A DNA stretch of 56,202 nt from an uncultured bacterium (GCA_903842025.1 CAIMKX010000048.1:1-56202), one strand, 5' to 3'. Shown: positions 17,075 to 25,759, counted from the first letter of the stretch. The notes: generated from the letters alone by a model not told the origin. Made by a program: numbers and translations.

Positions 17075-17941
17075 GTGGATATCATTCCTCAACTTATTTT
17101 GAATAGCATCATCGCCGGAGCGATCTACGCCATGATCGCTCTGGGTTTTAATTTAATATATGGCACAGCCAAGTTCTTTGATCTTGGTTATGGCGCTCTA
17201 ACAGCTGTCGGGGGCTATGCAGTCTTCTATTTTTATAAGACACTCGGACTTGATCTTTACGTTTCAATTTTACTCGGTGTTTTAATTGTCGGAGTAATTG
17301 GATTTATTGTTTATAAACTTGTTTACTCACCGCTTCGCAAACGCAAATCTTCAGGCATGGTACTTCTGGTTGCCGCTCTCGGTGTCCTAACAGCATTACA
17401 GGCAATCATTGCAATCCTTTTTACTAGCCAATTTCAGACTCTATCGCAGAATTCAAGCTCTGAACAAGTCTTCAATATTCTTGGAGGAGCTATTACTCAA
17501 ACGCAACTGGTGACTCTCATTATCGGATTTGTAATCATGATAGTGATAGGTTTGGTTTTCAGATATACACTTTTCGGTAAGGCGGTAAAAGCCATAGGAG
17601 ATGATGAAGAAGTCTCCAAAATTGTTGGTGTCAACACAGAAAACATTATTGGCTGGGTATTTTTTATCGGTTCGGCTATCGGTGGTTTAGCGGGAATATT
17701 GATTGGTTTTGATACAGGAATAGAACCGACAATGGGACTGTCGTTACTTTTGAAAGGAGTGATAGCATGTATTATTGGCGGAATCGGTAATGTGTATGGT
17801 GGCGTACTTGGCGCGTTTCTACTCGCATTTATAGAAAATTTTGGTATCTGGCATATATCAGGAGAATGGAAGGATGCCATAGCGTTTGCGGTGTTGATCC
17901 TGTTCTTGCTTTTCAGACCGCATGGAATATTAAGAAAATAA
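17075..17941 (+). CDS. livH: Branched-chain amino acid ABC transporter permease (LivH-like)
   Basis: 288 aa, polytopic. LivH-like LNSIIAGAIYAMIALGFNLIYG N-terminus. Confidence 0.8.
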   Translation: MDIIPQLILNSIIAGAIYAMIALGFNLIYGTAKFFDLGYGALTAVGGYAVFYFYKTLGLDLYVSILLGVLIVGVIGFIVYKLVYSPLRKRKSSGMVLLVAALGVLTALQAIIAILFTSQFQTLSQNSSSEQVFNILGGAITQTQLVTLIIGFVIMIVIGLVFRYTLFGKAVKAIGDDEEVSKIVGVNTENIIGWVFFIGSAIGGLAGILIGFDTGIEPTMGLSLLLKGVIACIIGGIGNVYGGVLGAFLLAFIENFGIWHISGEWKDAIAFAVLILFLLFRPHGILRK

Positions 17942-17942
17942 A

Positions 17943-18809
17943 ATGGAATATATCATCCACATTTCCATACTGATCTCAATCTATGCCATTCTCGGCCTAT
18001 CATTAAACTTGGTTGTCGGCTTCACTGGATTATTGAGTGTCACTCAGGCAGCTTTCTATGGAATTGGTGCATATGTTACGGCGATCCTGCTCACCTCTAC
18101 CGGCATGAATTTTTTCTTAGCTCTGATTATTGGTATGGCTATCACAGGTGTGTGTAGTCTAGCCATTGGCTTCGTCCTCTCAAAGTTCAAGGATGATTAT
18201 TATGCTCTCGGTTCATTCGGTTTCAATGTGATCATCTATAGTATATTTTTGAATTGGCAATCACTAACCAGAGGACCGCTTGGCATTCCCGGCATACCGC
18301 GACCTTCACTTTTCGGTTTTACCTTCTCTGAAAATGTCTGGTTCCTAGCGCTATCAATTGTTTTGCTCATTCTCGTGTATTTCATCTGCCGATTTATCAC
18401 CGGATCATCTTTTGGTCGAGTGCTTAAGTCGATCCGTGAAGATGAAGGGGCGATATCCGCCTTTGGTTACCGGACACTCTGGTACAAGCTTGCCATATTC
18501 GTCATTAGTGCCATGATGGCTTCGATTGCAGGATCCCTTTTTGCCAGTTATATAACTTTTATTGATCCTTCATCATTTGTTCTGTCAGAATCGATCTTTA
18601 TATTGGCTATTATTATCCTCGGCGGTCTGGCAAACAATAAGGGTGCGGTCATAGGCGCCGCTTGCTTGATTCTTCTGCCTGAAATTCTACGCTTTGTGGG
18701 ATTTCCGGATGATATTGCGGCACAGATGCGCCAAGTCGTATATGGTGTTATATTAGTAGCACTTATGCTCTATCGACCGCAGGGGTTGATCGGAGAATAC
18801 AGGTTATAA
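17943..18809 (+). CDS. livM: Branched-chain amino acid ABC transporter permease (LivM-like)
   Basis: 288 aa, polytopic. GLSLNLVVGFTGLLSVTQAAFYGIGAY is typical of LivM. Confidence 0.8.
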   Translation: MEYIIHISILISIYAILGLSLNLVVGFTGLLSVTQAAFYGIGAYVTAILLTSTGMNFFLALIIGMAITGVCSLAIGFVLSKFKDDYYALGSFGFNVIIYSIFLNWQSLTRGPLGIPGIPRPSLFGFTFSENVWFLALSIVLLILVYFICRFITGSSFGRVLKSIREDEGAISAFGYRTLWYKLAIFVISAMMASIAGSLFASYITFIDPSSFVLSESIFILAIIILGGLANNKGAVIGAACLILLPEILRFVGFPDDIAAQMRQVVYGVILVALMLYRPQGLIGEYRL

Positions 18810-18835
18810 TAATTATCAATATATAATCAATATTT

Positions 18836-19960
18836 ATGAATAAAAAAATCTGGTGGATAGTAGGTATCATAGTCGTAGTTGCACTTATACTAGCTGTGTC
18901 ACTTAAGCCCGCACAAAATAGCACTATCAAAATTGGTGCTTTATATCCTCTCACCGGAGGATTGGTAACATACGGTGAACCATCTCAAAAGACTGCTCAA
19001 ATGGTTGTTACCGAAATAAATAATGCCGGAGGGATTAATGGAAAAAAGTTTGAGATTGATTTTCAGGATCATAAATGTGATCCAAAGACCGCTGTTGCCG
19101 CTTTTCAACAGTTGAATTCTGTCAATGGAATAAAGATATTTACTTCAGCCGCTTGTACTGGAACCATGGTTAGCTTAGCCCCAATGTTGAAAGATGGAAA
19201 TGCTTTGTTTGTATCGGATGTTCTATCCGGCGCTAAAATCACGGGTCTATCCCCATATGTATTCCGAAATTGGGGATCTGATATAAATGAGTCACGATTG
19301 TTTGCTGATAAAATCAAACAGGCTGGTTACAAGACAGTTGGTGTTGTATATGAAGAAACTGATTACGCAAAAGGTATAAAAATTAATTTGGAGAACTTCC
19401 TCAAAGACTCTGGTGTCACCGTTGTGAGCGAATCGTTTCCCACTGGTACTACGGATGTGAGAACACAGCTCACAAAATTGAAATCAGAGAAGCCGGATAT
19501 TCTGCTCATAAGTCCCCAGACTGTTACTAGTGCAGAGGTTGTGTTGAAGCAGATGGAAGACTTGAACTTCAGACCGAAATTGCTTGTGAATGATAATGTC
19601 ACCATTTCAAAAGACTTGGTGATGAAGCACAAGGATATCCTAGAAGGTGCTCTTGGTGCGAACTATGTAGCTCCGAGCAACAGTAAAACAGATTCAATTC
19701 TGGCGATGTATAAAAATACATATGGTCAAGATTGTCCTCAAACAACTGTCTGCGTTGAAACATACGATACGATTCATTTGATCGCGGATGCTATGAAAAT
19801 CAATGGCAATGATGTCGCAAAGATTAAAGCGTATCTAAATTCAGTAAATTATGATGGTGCGGGTGGTCAAATAAGCTTCGATACAAATAATGACAGGGCA
19901 AATGCCGATTACACCTTGTTCTTGGTAAAAAATGGTCAAGCGACAGCCGTCACACAATAA
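18836..19960 (+). CDS. Second Liv-type ABC substrate-binding protein
   Basis: 374 aa. IKIGALYPLTGGLVTYGEPS motif; paralogous to 15908-17011. Confidence 0.8.
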   Translation: MNKKIWWIVGIIVVVALILAVSLKPAQNSTIKIGALYPLTGGLVTYGEPSQKTAQMVVTEINNAGGINGKKFEIDFQDHKCDPKTAVAAFQQLNSVNGIKIFTSAACTGTMVSLAPMLKDGNALFVSDVLSGAKITGLSPYVFRNWGSDINESRLFADKIKQAGYKTVGVVYEETDYAKGIKINLENFLKDSGVTVVSESFPTGTTDVRTQLTKLKSEKPDILLISPQTVTSAEVVLKQMEDLNFRPKLLVNDNVTISKDLVMKHKDILEGALGANYVAPSNSKTDSILAMYKNTYGQDCPQTTVCVETYDTIHLIADAMKINGNDVAKIKAYLNSVNYDGAGGQISFDTNNDRANADYTLFLVKNGQATAVTQ

Positions 19961-19963
19961 CCA

Positions 19964-19993
19964 TTGACAAATACTGGTAATGTGTATTATAAT
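19964..19993 (+). promoter_or_regulatory. Sigma70-like promoter inside the liv cluster
   Basis: TTGACA (19964-19969), 18-nt spacer, TATAAT (19988-19993). Confidence 0.6.
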
Positions 19994-20075
19994 ACCATAG
20001 GATTGGAGTGCGTATTCTGCACCTTGAATCCTTACTTTACGGCTTAAAACAATCAAAATCGAAAGGACTGAACGA

Positions 20076-20546
20076 ATGAGATACACGACAATAACGATTG
20101 AAACGACGGGTGATGCGGTCAACACGGCATCACTGTTGGAACTCGCAAATCCGCTGTTCCCGACTGCCGAACTCTTCGAAAGAGAAATGGCTGGAAGGGG
20201 TTTGCTCAAATCAGGTGATTTGATCAGATGGGATGTGAAGGCCATGGAAATGGAAAGCTGGAGTGGTCGTGGTTTCATCCACTGGCTACGAAAGCCTAAA
20301 GATCCAAAGTCAGTCTCGGAACAAACACTCTGGCATGAAGCGAATTACGGTGATGGGAAGGTTCCATTCACCTGTGATCAGTTTTATGAAAGCCTTTGTG
20401 TTACGGAACTGATCTTCAATCGAAGTGGCTTCGTGTCACAAGATGGCGCAAATTGGGTTTTGCCCACATCGTCACCGCTCGTAAGCCAGATTGCCGATCT
20501 CTTTGCGAAGCGGGCAAGTGAAAAGGCTGAGATTGGAAAGCGGTGA
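20076..20546 (+). CDS. Hypothetical protein (156 aa) inserted between the liv SBP and ATPase genes
   Basis: The ORF has its own promoter and terminator and looks GC-richer than the flanking liv genes. No motif recognised. Confidence 0.55.
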   Translation: MRYTTITIETTGDAVNTASLLELANPLFPTAELFEREMAGRGLLKSGDLIRWDVKAMEMESWSGRGFIHWLRKPKDPKSVSEQTLWHEANYGDGKVPFTCDQFYESLCVTELIFNRSGFVSQDGANWVLPTSSPLVSQIADLFAKRASEKAEIGKR

Positions 20547-20562
20547 AATCAGGGGTTCCCGC

Positions 20563-20598
20563 AACGCACAGTTAGCTTCGGCTGGCTGTGCGTTTTTG
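20563..20598 (+). terminator. Rho-independent terminator
   Basis: aacgcacag...ctgtgcgtt stem followed by tttg. Confidence 0.7.
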
Positions 20599-20606
20599 TT
20601 TACTAA

Positions 20607-21389
20607 TTGCTGAAAATGTGGAAAAATAGAGAGCAAATGCCAATACTAGAGACTAAACATATTACCAAACACTTTGATGGCGTCTATGCGGTTAATAAGC
20701 TGTCGATCAATTTTGAGGCAGGCAAGATTACTGGCATTATAGGCCCAAATGGATCTGGAAAATCTACGTTGATAAATACTCTTACAGGAATGATTCCAAT
20801 AGATTCAGGAGAAATGATTGTAGCCGGTGCAGAACGATTGCAACGAGTGAAAGCACATGAAGTGGCATCGTATGGTATGACACGGACATTTCAAGATGTG
20901 AGATTGTTTGAGCAGATGCCAGTTATAGATAATATATTGGTTGTACTGACAGAGCGAAGTATTTGGAAAGCATTATTTGAAAAACATGGAGCGTTACATT
21001 TAGAGAAGGCAGAAGAAGTTTTGAAGAAAGTTGGATTGTGGGATAAGAGAGATGAGCTTGCTAAGAATCTATCGTATGGACAGCGTAAGCTTTTAGAGAT
21101 TGCTAGAGTATTGGCGATGATACATTGTGGTGTGGGCGATATCAATATTATCTTTCTTGATGAGCCATTTGCGGGACTTTTTCCGGAGATGATTAAGATT
21201 GTGACAGGTGTTATGAAAGAGCTTCGAGATCAGGGTAAAGCAGTGATCTTGATTGAACATAACATGGATTTGATACGAGAATTGTCGGATCATATTTATG
21301 TACTTGATTCTGGTGAGTTATTGGCGGAAGGTAAGCCGGGTGATGTATTGGCACGCAAGGATGTTATCGAGGCCTATTTGGGTGAGTAA
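20607..21389 (+). CDS. livG: Branched-chain amino acid ABC transporter ATP-binding protein (LivG-like)
   Basis: Walker A GPNGSGKST, signature LSYGQRKLLE, Walker B IIFLDEP. The start is ambiguous (TTG 20607, ATG 20616 or ATG 20637). Confidence 0.85.
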   Translation: MLKMWKNREQMPILETKHITKHFDGVYAVNKLSINFEAGKITGIIGPNGSGKSTLINTLTGMIPIDSGEMIVAGAERLQRVKAHEVASYGMTRTFQDVRLFEQMPVIDNILVVLTERSIWKALFEKHGALHLEKAEEVLKKVGLWDKRDELAKNLSYGQRKLLEIARVLAMIHCGVGDINIIFLDEPFAGLFPEMIKIVTGVMKELRDQGKAVILIEHNMDLIRELSDHIYVLDSGELLAEGKPGDVLARKDVIEAYLGE

Positions 21390-21393
21390 ACAT

Positions 21394-22119
21394 ATGAAAA
21401 CAGAAACCTTATTACAGTTAAAAGATATTCATGTGCACTATGGCGGCGTTAAAGCGTTGGATGGTGTGTCAGTAAGCATTGACGAAGGAGAAATAGTCGC
21501 ACTTATGGGACCGAATGGAGCAGGAAAGTCGACGATACTAAAAGCTATATTTGGATTAGCGCCTATTGATTCCGGAGTTGTGCTTTGGGAAGGTCAACAG
21601 TTTAAGCCAGTATCGTATGAAGTGGTTGAGCGAGGAGTATCATTTGTGCCACAAGGTCGTAGGGTATTTCATCATTTAACAGTGCTTGAAAATCTTGAAA
21701 TTGGTGGAATTAATGTAGAAAGCAATGCTGATAGAAAGGAGCGTATAGCTAATGTCCTTGAACTATTTCCCGCTCTTAAAACAAAACTGAAATCGAAATC
21801 TGGCACGCTATCTGGTGGTCAACAACAGATGCTAGCTATTGCTCGTGGACTTATGCCAGATCCAAAAATGCTATTACTGGATGAGCCATCACTGGGTCTT
21901 GCGCCGAAAATTGTAAAAGAGGTATTTGAGAAAATCAAAGAGATTAATGAACGTAGAAAAACTGCTATATTTGTAGTCGAGCATAATCTGAAATCGCTAC
22001 TGGAGATTACGAAGCGAGCTTATGTGCTTGATAAGGGGAAGATCTATGCTGAAGGAAATCCGAAGGAGTTGATAGAAAACAAAGTTTTAGAGCGGGTATT
22101 TCTTGGAGATTTACAGTGA
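21394..22119 (+). CDS. livF: Branched-chain amino acid ABC transporter ATP-binding protein (LivF-like)
   Basis: Walker A GPNGAGKST, signature LSGGQQQMLA, Walker B LLLLDEPS. The start is placed at the ATG at 21394, 5 nt after the livG stop. Confidence 0.85.
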   Translation: MKTETLLQLKDIHVHYGGVKALDGVSVSIDEGEIVALMGPNGAGKSTILKAIFGLAPIDSGVVLWEGQQFKPVSYEVVERGVSFVPQGRRVFHHLTVLENLEIGGINVESNADRKERIANVLELFPALKTKLKSKSGTLSGGQQQMLAIARGLMPDPKMLLLDEPSLGLAPKIVKEVFEKIKEINERRKTAIFVVEHNLKSLLEITKRAYVLDKGKIYAEGNPKELIENKVLERVFLGDLQ

Positions 22120-22138
22120 CCATAGTATAATCATTTCT

Positions 22139-22564
22139 ATGAAAATATATGTAATAGGTAGTACAGCGTTTGTTAAAGATATGGTTGCGTATACGGATAA
22201 ACTCGTAGCTGATGGCTATAATGCTTGGATACATCCCGAGTACAGGGACTATGTAACAAATAAAAATCATTCTCATCTAAAGAGAATTGAGGATGGCGAA
22301 CATGCAAAAGTTAAGATCGAAAATGATTACATTAGACAGCATTACAATCATATTTTGGAAAGCGATGCGATATTTGTAGTCAATATGGAGAAAAATAATA
22401 TTAAGGGATATATAGGAGGAAATGTACTTATGGAATTGGGTTTTGCGTATGTAAATAACAAAAAAATATTTTTGTTGAATTCGATACCAGATATGCCTTA
22501 CAAAGAAGAAATTGAGGCGGTTCTGCCGATTGTTCTCAATGGTGAATTTTCAAAGATTAAATGA
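22139..22564 (+). CDS. Nucleoside 2-deoxyribosyltransferase-like small protein
   Basis: 141 aa from the ATG at 22139. MKIYVIGS... and ...GGNVLMELGFAYVNNKKIFLL resemble the NDT-like fold signature. Weak call. Confidence 0.4.
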   Translation: MKIYVIGSTAFVKDMVAYTDKLVADGYNAWIHPEYRDYVTNKNHSHLKRIEDGEHAKVKIENDYIRQHYNHILESDAIFVVNMEKNNIKGYIGGNVLMELGFAYVNNKKIFLLNSIPDMPYKEEIEAVLPIVLNGEFSKIK

Positions 22565-22680
22565 ACACACTAACTCAAATATCGTCATCCTAGGAATATG
22601 CTGTATCGAACTGGAAACAGATAATCAACTTCCGAATAAGATTTGTTAAAAATATAATATTTTTTGGTAAATTATCTATA

Positions 22681-22712
22681 AAGAAATGCCACCCATAAAA
22701 ATAGGTGGCAGA
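22681..22712 (-). terminator. Rho-independent terminator after 22724-23257
   Basis: tgccacc/ggtggca stem, followed by T-rich sequence on the minus strand. Confidence 0.6.
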
Positions 22713-22723
22713 TCATGTTCAAG

Positions 22724-23257
22724 TTACCGGCACTCAAAGAGCATTGGCTGATCTTTTTCAACACCACTCCGTCTTCCACTATAAACCCATTCAACATCGA
22801 GGATTTCTCCACGATGAGGTGTGATTTTAAATACCGCGCTGGGACAACCCATGCCACTGATAAATTTATCTCCTGTCTGGCATTCAATGGAAGACATGTA
22901 GACCCACCATGTCTGACTAAGATATTCTGAAGGAATCTGAGCCCTAACCTCCTCGAAATTCATTGCCAATCTTACTGGTGTAGCGTCAGAACAGATTGTC
23001 AAGCCGTTCTTTTTAGCTATATCATCTGGTGTCCAAGGATATATGGCCACATCGTAGCCAAACTCATCAGCCATGGCGATTCTGAGGGTGACTTGATTCC
23101 CGATGGTGTTACAGAAGTAACTGTTGCGAATCGCCCTCATTACACTATCATTTTTTGCGAACTTATCTTCAGCGTCCTTTAGAAACTTACTAAAAGTCCC
23201 CTTGAATGCTGGGATTTCAATTCTGACCTCCCGACGAGATATTATACATGTTTTCAT
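22724..23257 (-). CDS. Hypothetical protein (177 aa), monocistronic orphan
   Basis: The ORF is bounded by terminators on both sides. No motif recognised. Confidence 0.5.
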   Translation of the reverse strand: MKTCIISRREVRIEIPAFKGTFSKFLKDAEDKFAKNDSVMRAIRNSYFCNTIGNQVTLRIAMADEFGYDVAIYPWTPDDIAKKNGLTICSDATPVRLAMNFEEVRAQIPSEYLSQTWWVYMSSIECQTGDKFISGMGCPSAVFKITPHRGEILDVEWVYSGRRSGVEKDQPMLFECR

Positions 23258-23385
23258 TGTGATAAAGCCTTTCTATTTAAAACATTACATGAATGTTAGT
23301 AATATGTCTAGAACACAATAAATAAAGAATAATAGCTCAATGTTTGCTAGGAAATAGCTAAAGTATGCTATAGTAGGGGTCATTA

Positions 23386-23412
23386 GAAAACGCCGGCCTG
23401 TACGGCGTTTTC
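23386..23412. terminator. Bidirectional rho-independent terminator
   Basis: aaaacgccg-gcctgta-cggcgtttt, with A/T runs on both sides. Confidence 0.75.
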
Positions 23413-23433
23413 CTTTGTCTAAAGTTTATATTG

Positions 23434-24054
23434 CTATTTCACCAAACACACCTGATTATGCATATTCCAGATAAGATCTGATACGACGAATGAGTTTTCA
23501 GCGTTACTTGTTAACAGATTACCGATGATTCTTTTATATTCGATCAAACTATCCATTTGGGCTTCTTGTGCAGTTCTGCCTTTGATCAGCGAGAGTGGTA
23601 CCTGATTTGAAGTTTCAAAAAATGGTTTAGCATATTCATCTTTTAATGGTTCTGTGACGAGAGCTTTATCTGTCCAGAATCTGAATAATTCACTGTAACC
23701 AATGAAAGCTTTGCAACCCTCTTTTATCGCTTGTGGCCCGAGAGCTTTACCGGAATCGCATGAGCGCATATAGACGATCTTGTCCTTGAGGAGGTATGAA
23801 TTTTCACCTGATACTATGAGAGGTTCTTCGTCATGTCCAGTAACACAGACATCATTTCCGTGTCCATTGAAAATGGCAATTTCGGGATTTTGCTTTTCAA
23901 GATAGCTTTCCACAAGCTTACGCGAAGCTTTATCTTTTTCCAAATCAAAAACCTTGCCGATTCTGCGTTTTGCTTCTTTAACGATTTCTTCACTCCAATG
24001 ATAGAAATAGTGAGTGACTGATTCGTATCTGGGACGAGTGATTAGTAGTGACAT
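23434..24054 (-). CDS. Minimal clan-CD-like (caspase/legumain-like) putative cysteine protease fold protein
   Basis: 206 aa. A hydrophobic strand followed by His-Gly (IAIFNGHGND), and a second hydrophobic strand followed by Cys (IVYMRSCDSGK; compare legumain E-A-C-E-S-G). This spacing and order is typical of the clan CD His/Cys dyad. By-eye inference only. Confidence 0.45.
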   Translation of the reverse strand: MSLLITRPRYESVTHYFYHWSEEIVKEAKRRIGKVFDLEKDKASRKLVESYLEKQNPEIAIFNGHGNDVCVTGHDEEPLIVSGENSYLLKDKIVYMRSCDSGKALGPQAIKEGCKAFIGYSELFRFWTDKALVTEPLKDEYAKPFFETSNQVPLSLIKGRTAQEAQMDSLIEYKRIIGNLLTSNAENSFVVSDLIWNMHNQVCLVK

Positions 24055-24056
24055 AA

Positions 24057-24293
24057 TTATGCGACAGGTAAATCTCGAAGCGATCGGAGGAAGAATAACT
24101 GCGACTCAACAAGCTTCTTGCCGACCTCGGTTTGCTTTTTAACTTCTTCGATTAGTGAATCAACTGACATTGGCTCATTGTCTCCACCAACAGAGAGATT
24201 GGCATTCGAAGGTATAGTCTTCAAACGAGCAACAACCAAATTGATAATTTCTTGGTTTAATTCTTTTGAATTGTTAGTTATAGTTTTGCTCAT
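24057..24293 (-). CDS. Hypothetical small protein (78 aa), paralog of 24297-24491
   Basis: Shares a P-x-[ST]-x(11)-TE[VL]GKK[LI][VL]E block with the upstream 64-aa ORF. Only a 2-3 nt gap to each neighbouring gene. Confidence 0.55.
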   Translation of the reverse strand: MSKTITNNSKELNQEIINLVVARLKTIPSNANLSVGGDNEPMSVDSLIEEVKKQTEVGKKLVESQLFFLRSLRDLPVA

Positions 24294-24296
24294 AAT

Positions 24297-24491
24297 TTAT
24301 TCAGTAGGTATGAATTTAAGTTCAACGAGTTTCTCAAGTATCTTTTTACCAAGCTCAGTGTCAGCATTAATCTCTCTGTAAGCGACTTCCCACGTAATAG
24401 GACCACCTTGATTTTCACCCAAGTCTAATACTATCTCCTTGCGAATGTTCATAGGCAGATTAGCGTAGAATTTGAAAAATTTATCTTTCAT
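24297..24491 (-). CDS. Hypothetical small protein (64 aa), first gene of the 3-gene operon
   Basis: The ORF is preceded by an extended -10 promoter. Paralogous to the 78-aa ORF. Confidence 0.55.
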   Translation of the reverse strand: MKDKFFKFYANLPMNIRKEIVLDLGENQGGPITWEVAYREINADTELGKKILEKLVELKFIPTE

Positions 24492-24537
24492 AATTGATTG
24501 CTATTAGTATACTCCACTTTGTCTATAATTCAAAGAG

Positions 24538-24566
24538 ATTATACCATACATATAGACGAGCAATGG
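24538..24566 (-). promoter_or_regulatory. Extended -10 promoter for the 24491->23434 operon
   Basis: The minus strand reads TGGTATAAT (TGn-TATAAT), with the -10 hexamer at 24543-24538, about 47 nt upstream of the ATG. The -35 is weak. Confidence 0.4.
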
Positions 24567-24586
24567 TAGCATAAAGTTTCGTAAAG

Positions 24587-24611
24587 AAAAGGACGTGCGA
24601 AACGTCCTTTT
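24587..24611. terminator. Bidirectional terminator-like hairpin
   Basis: aaaaggacg-tgcgaa-acgtcctttt. Confidence 0.6.
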
Positions 24612-24654
24612 CGGGTCTAGTGATTATAGATTAGCACATATTTATAATTCATAC

Positions 24655-24839
24655 GATGCTCTGTGCAGGAGGCGAGGATTTGACGAGGGTCAGGGGTCGG
24701 ATAGCCCTGTATTTTCCATTTTTTAATTACTCGTATAGTCACCTCGCAAGATCGTCCCGTGGACAAGCACACCACTCGTCCCGGCCCAACTTTAAGTGTG
24801 ATAAGCGGTTACTATTTCGCCACTCCTGCACGGAGCATC
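24655..24839 (+). ncRNA. Unclassified structured RNA (~185 nt) closed by a 17-bp terminal helix
   Basis: gatgctctgtgcaggag (24655-24671) pairs with ctcctgcacggagcatc (24823-24839). The single non-Watson-Crick position is G-U only on the plus strand. Further helices: gcgagg/cctcgc, caggg/ccctg, gtcc/ggac, cacac/gtgtg. It is a GC-rich island in AT-rich surroundings, and translation of the overlapping ORF looks non-protein-like. Confidence 0.55.
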
Positions 24840-24858
24840 TTATGAAATTGTAAAAGAT

Positions 24859-25719
24859 CTATAGATACCTTTGAGCGTTAGCCAGCATTTCGTTCTTGTC
24901 GAAATTCAAATACATCAAGGCCGAATATGGACTAACGTGGCCTAGCATCATCTGAATATCTTTGAGATCGGCCCCGCTTGCCTTCATGCGGTGAGCTTTG
25001 GCATGTCGGAACATGTGCGGATGGATACGAGTTACGATGCCGGCTTCAGCGGCGATCTCTCTGGTCCAGCGTTCTACTGTTCTAGGTGTTATGCGTCCAC
25101 GGCCTTTATGATCGAGCGAAAGAAACAAATTTGGCTTTTGATTGAGGCAGATTCTACTACCGAGCCAACGAAGCAAGGTATCGTGATGAAAATCTTTGCC
25201 CCACATAATCCAGCGAGTATTCTTATTCTTCTTGTTCTCAATCGAGGTAAAGTTTTCGGTAGAAGATATTTGATTAACATTAAGATCACAAAGCTCGCCG
25301 ACACGAACACCTGTATCACGAAGAAGATGCAATATAGTGAGCTTTTGCAGATCATTTGTTTCCCACGGATTTAGGGTGGCGCACATTGCCTTGAAATCTT
25401 CATCACTCACACCTATACGAGGCTTTTTGGCGTATCTCGGTTCTTGAATGAGGAATGGATTGACCGATGATTCTTGAGTCGAATTGAGATAGCGGAAAAA
25501 ATTTTTCATGATCCGGCAGGAAAATGCTACAGTCGGCGGATTACATTTGGCAGAGAGGTGATGATTGAATTCGACGATGTCGCGATCGGTATATTCCTTC
25601 GTATCCTTATCTCTAAAATTACATAGGCGACGCAGGTATGGCTGATATATTTCTGCAGCCCGAGGACTGCGGATTACTTTCCAATCAGTATAATTTCTAA
25701 TTGCTTGCTGAATAGTCAT
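24859..25719 (-). CDS. Tyrosine recombinase / phage integrase family
   Basis: 286 aa. RDTGVRVGEL (box I Arg), HPHMFRHAKAHRM (HxxR), LGHVSPYSALMYL (His...Tyr). Confidence 0.85.
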   Translation of the reverse strand: MTIQQAIRNYTDWKVIRSPRAAEIYQPYLRRLCNFRDKDTKEYTDRDIVEFNHHLSAKCNPPTVAFSCRIMKNFFRYLNSTQESSVNPFLIQEPRYAKKPRIGVSDEDFKAMCATLNPWETNDLQKLTILHLLRDTGVRVGELCDLNVNQISSTENFTSIENKKNKNTRWIMWGKDFHHDTLLRWLGSRICLNQKPNLFLSLDHKGRGRITPRTVERWTREIAAEAGIVTRIHPHMFRHAKAHRMKASGADLKDIQMMLGHVSPYSALMYLNFDKNEMLANAQRYL

Positions 25720-25759
25720 GTGATTATTTTGTTATTTGTTAATTGATAATTCAGATAAA

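Noticed and set aside
21298-21393. 32-codon N-terminal extension of livF overlapping livG
   Set aside because: A conserved ABC-ATPase N-terminus begins at the ATG at 21394, 5 nt after the livG stop. The extension overlaps the livG coding sequence.
24655-24839. Identity of the structured RNA as tmRNA, SRP RNA, RNase P RNA or a tRNA
   Set aside because: The diagnostic signatures are absent. There is no T-loop GGTTCGA or CCA end (tRNA, tmRNA). There is no GGAA tetraloop / AGCA helix-8 motif (SRP). There is no GAGGAAAGTCC P4 motif (RNase P), and the length and architecture do not fit a tRNA.
24656-24853. 65-aa ORF overlapping the structured RNA
   Set aside because: The peptide is not protein-like and there is no RBS. 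The region is better explained by the helices closed by the 17-bp terminal stem.
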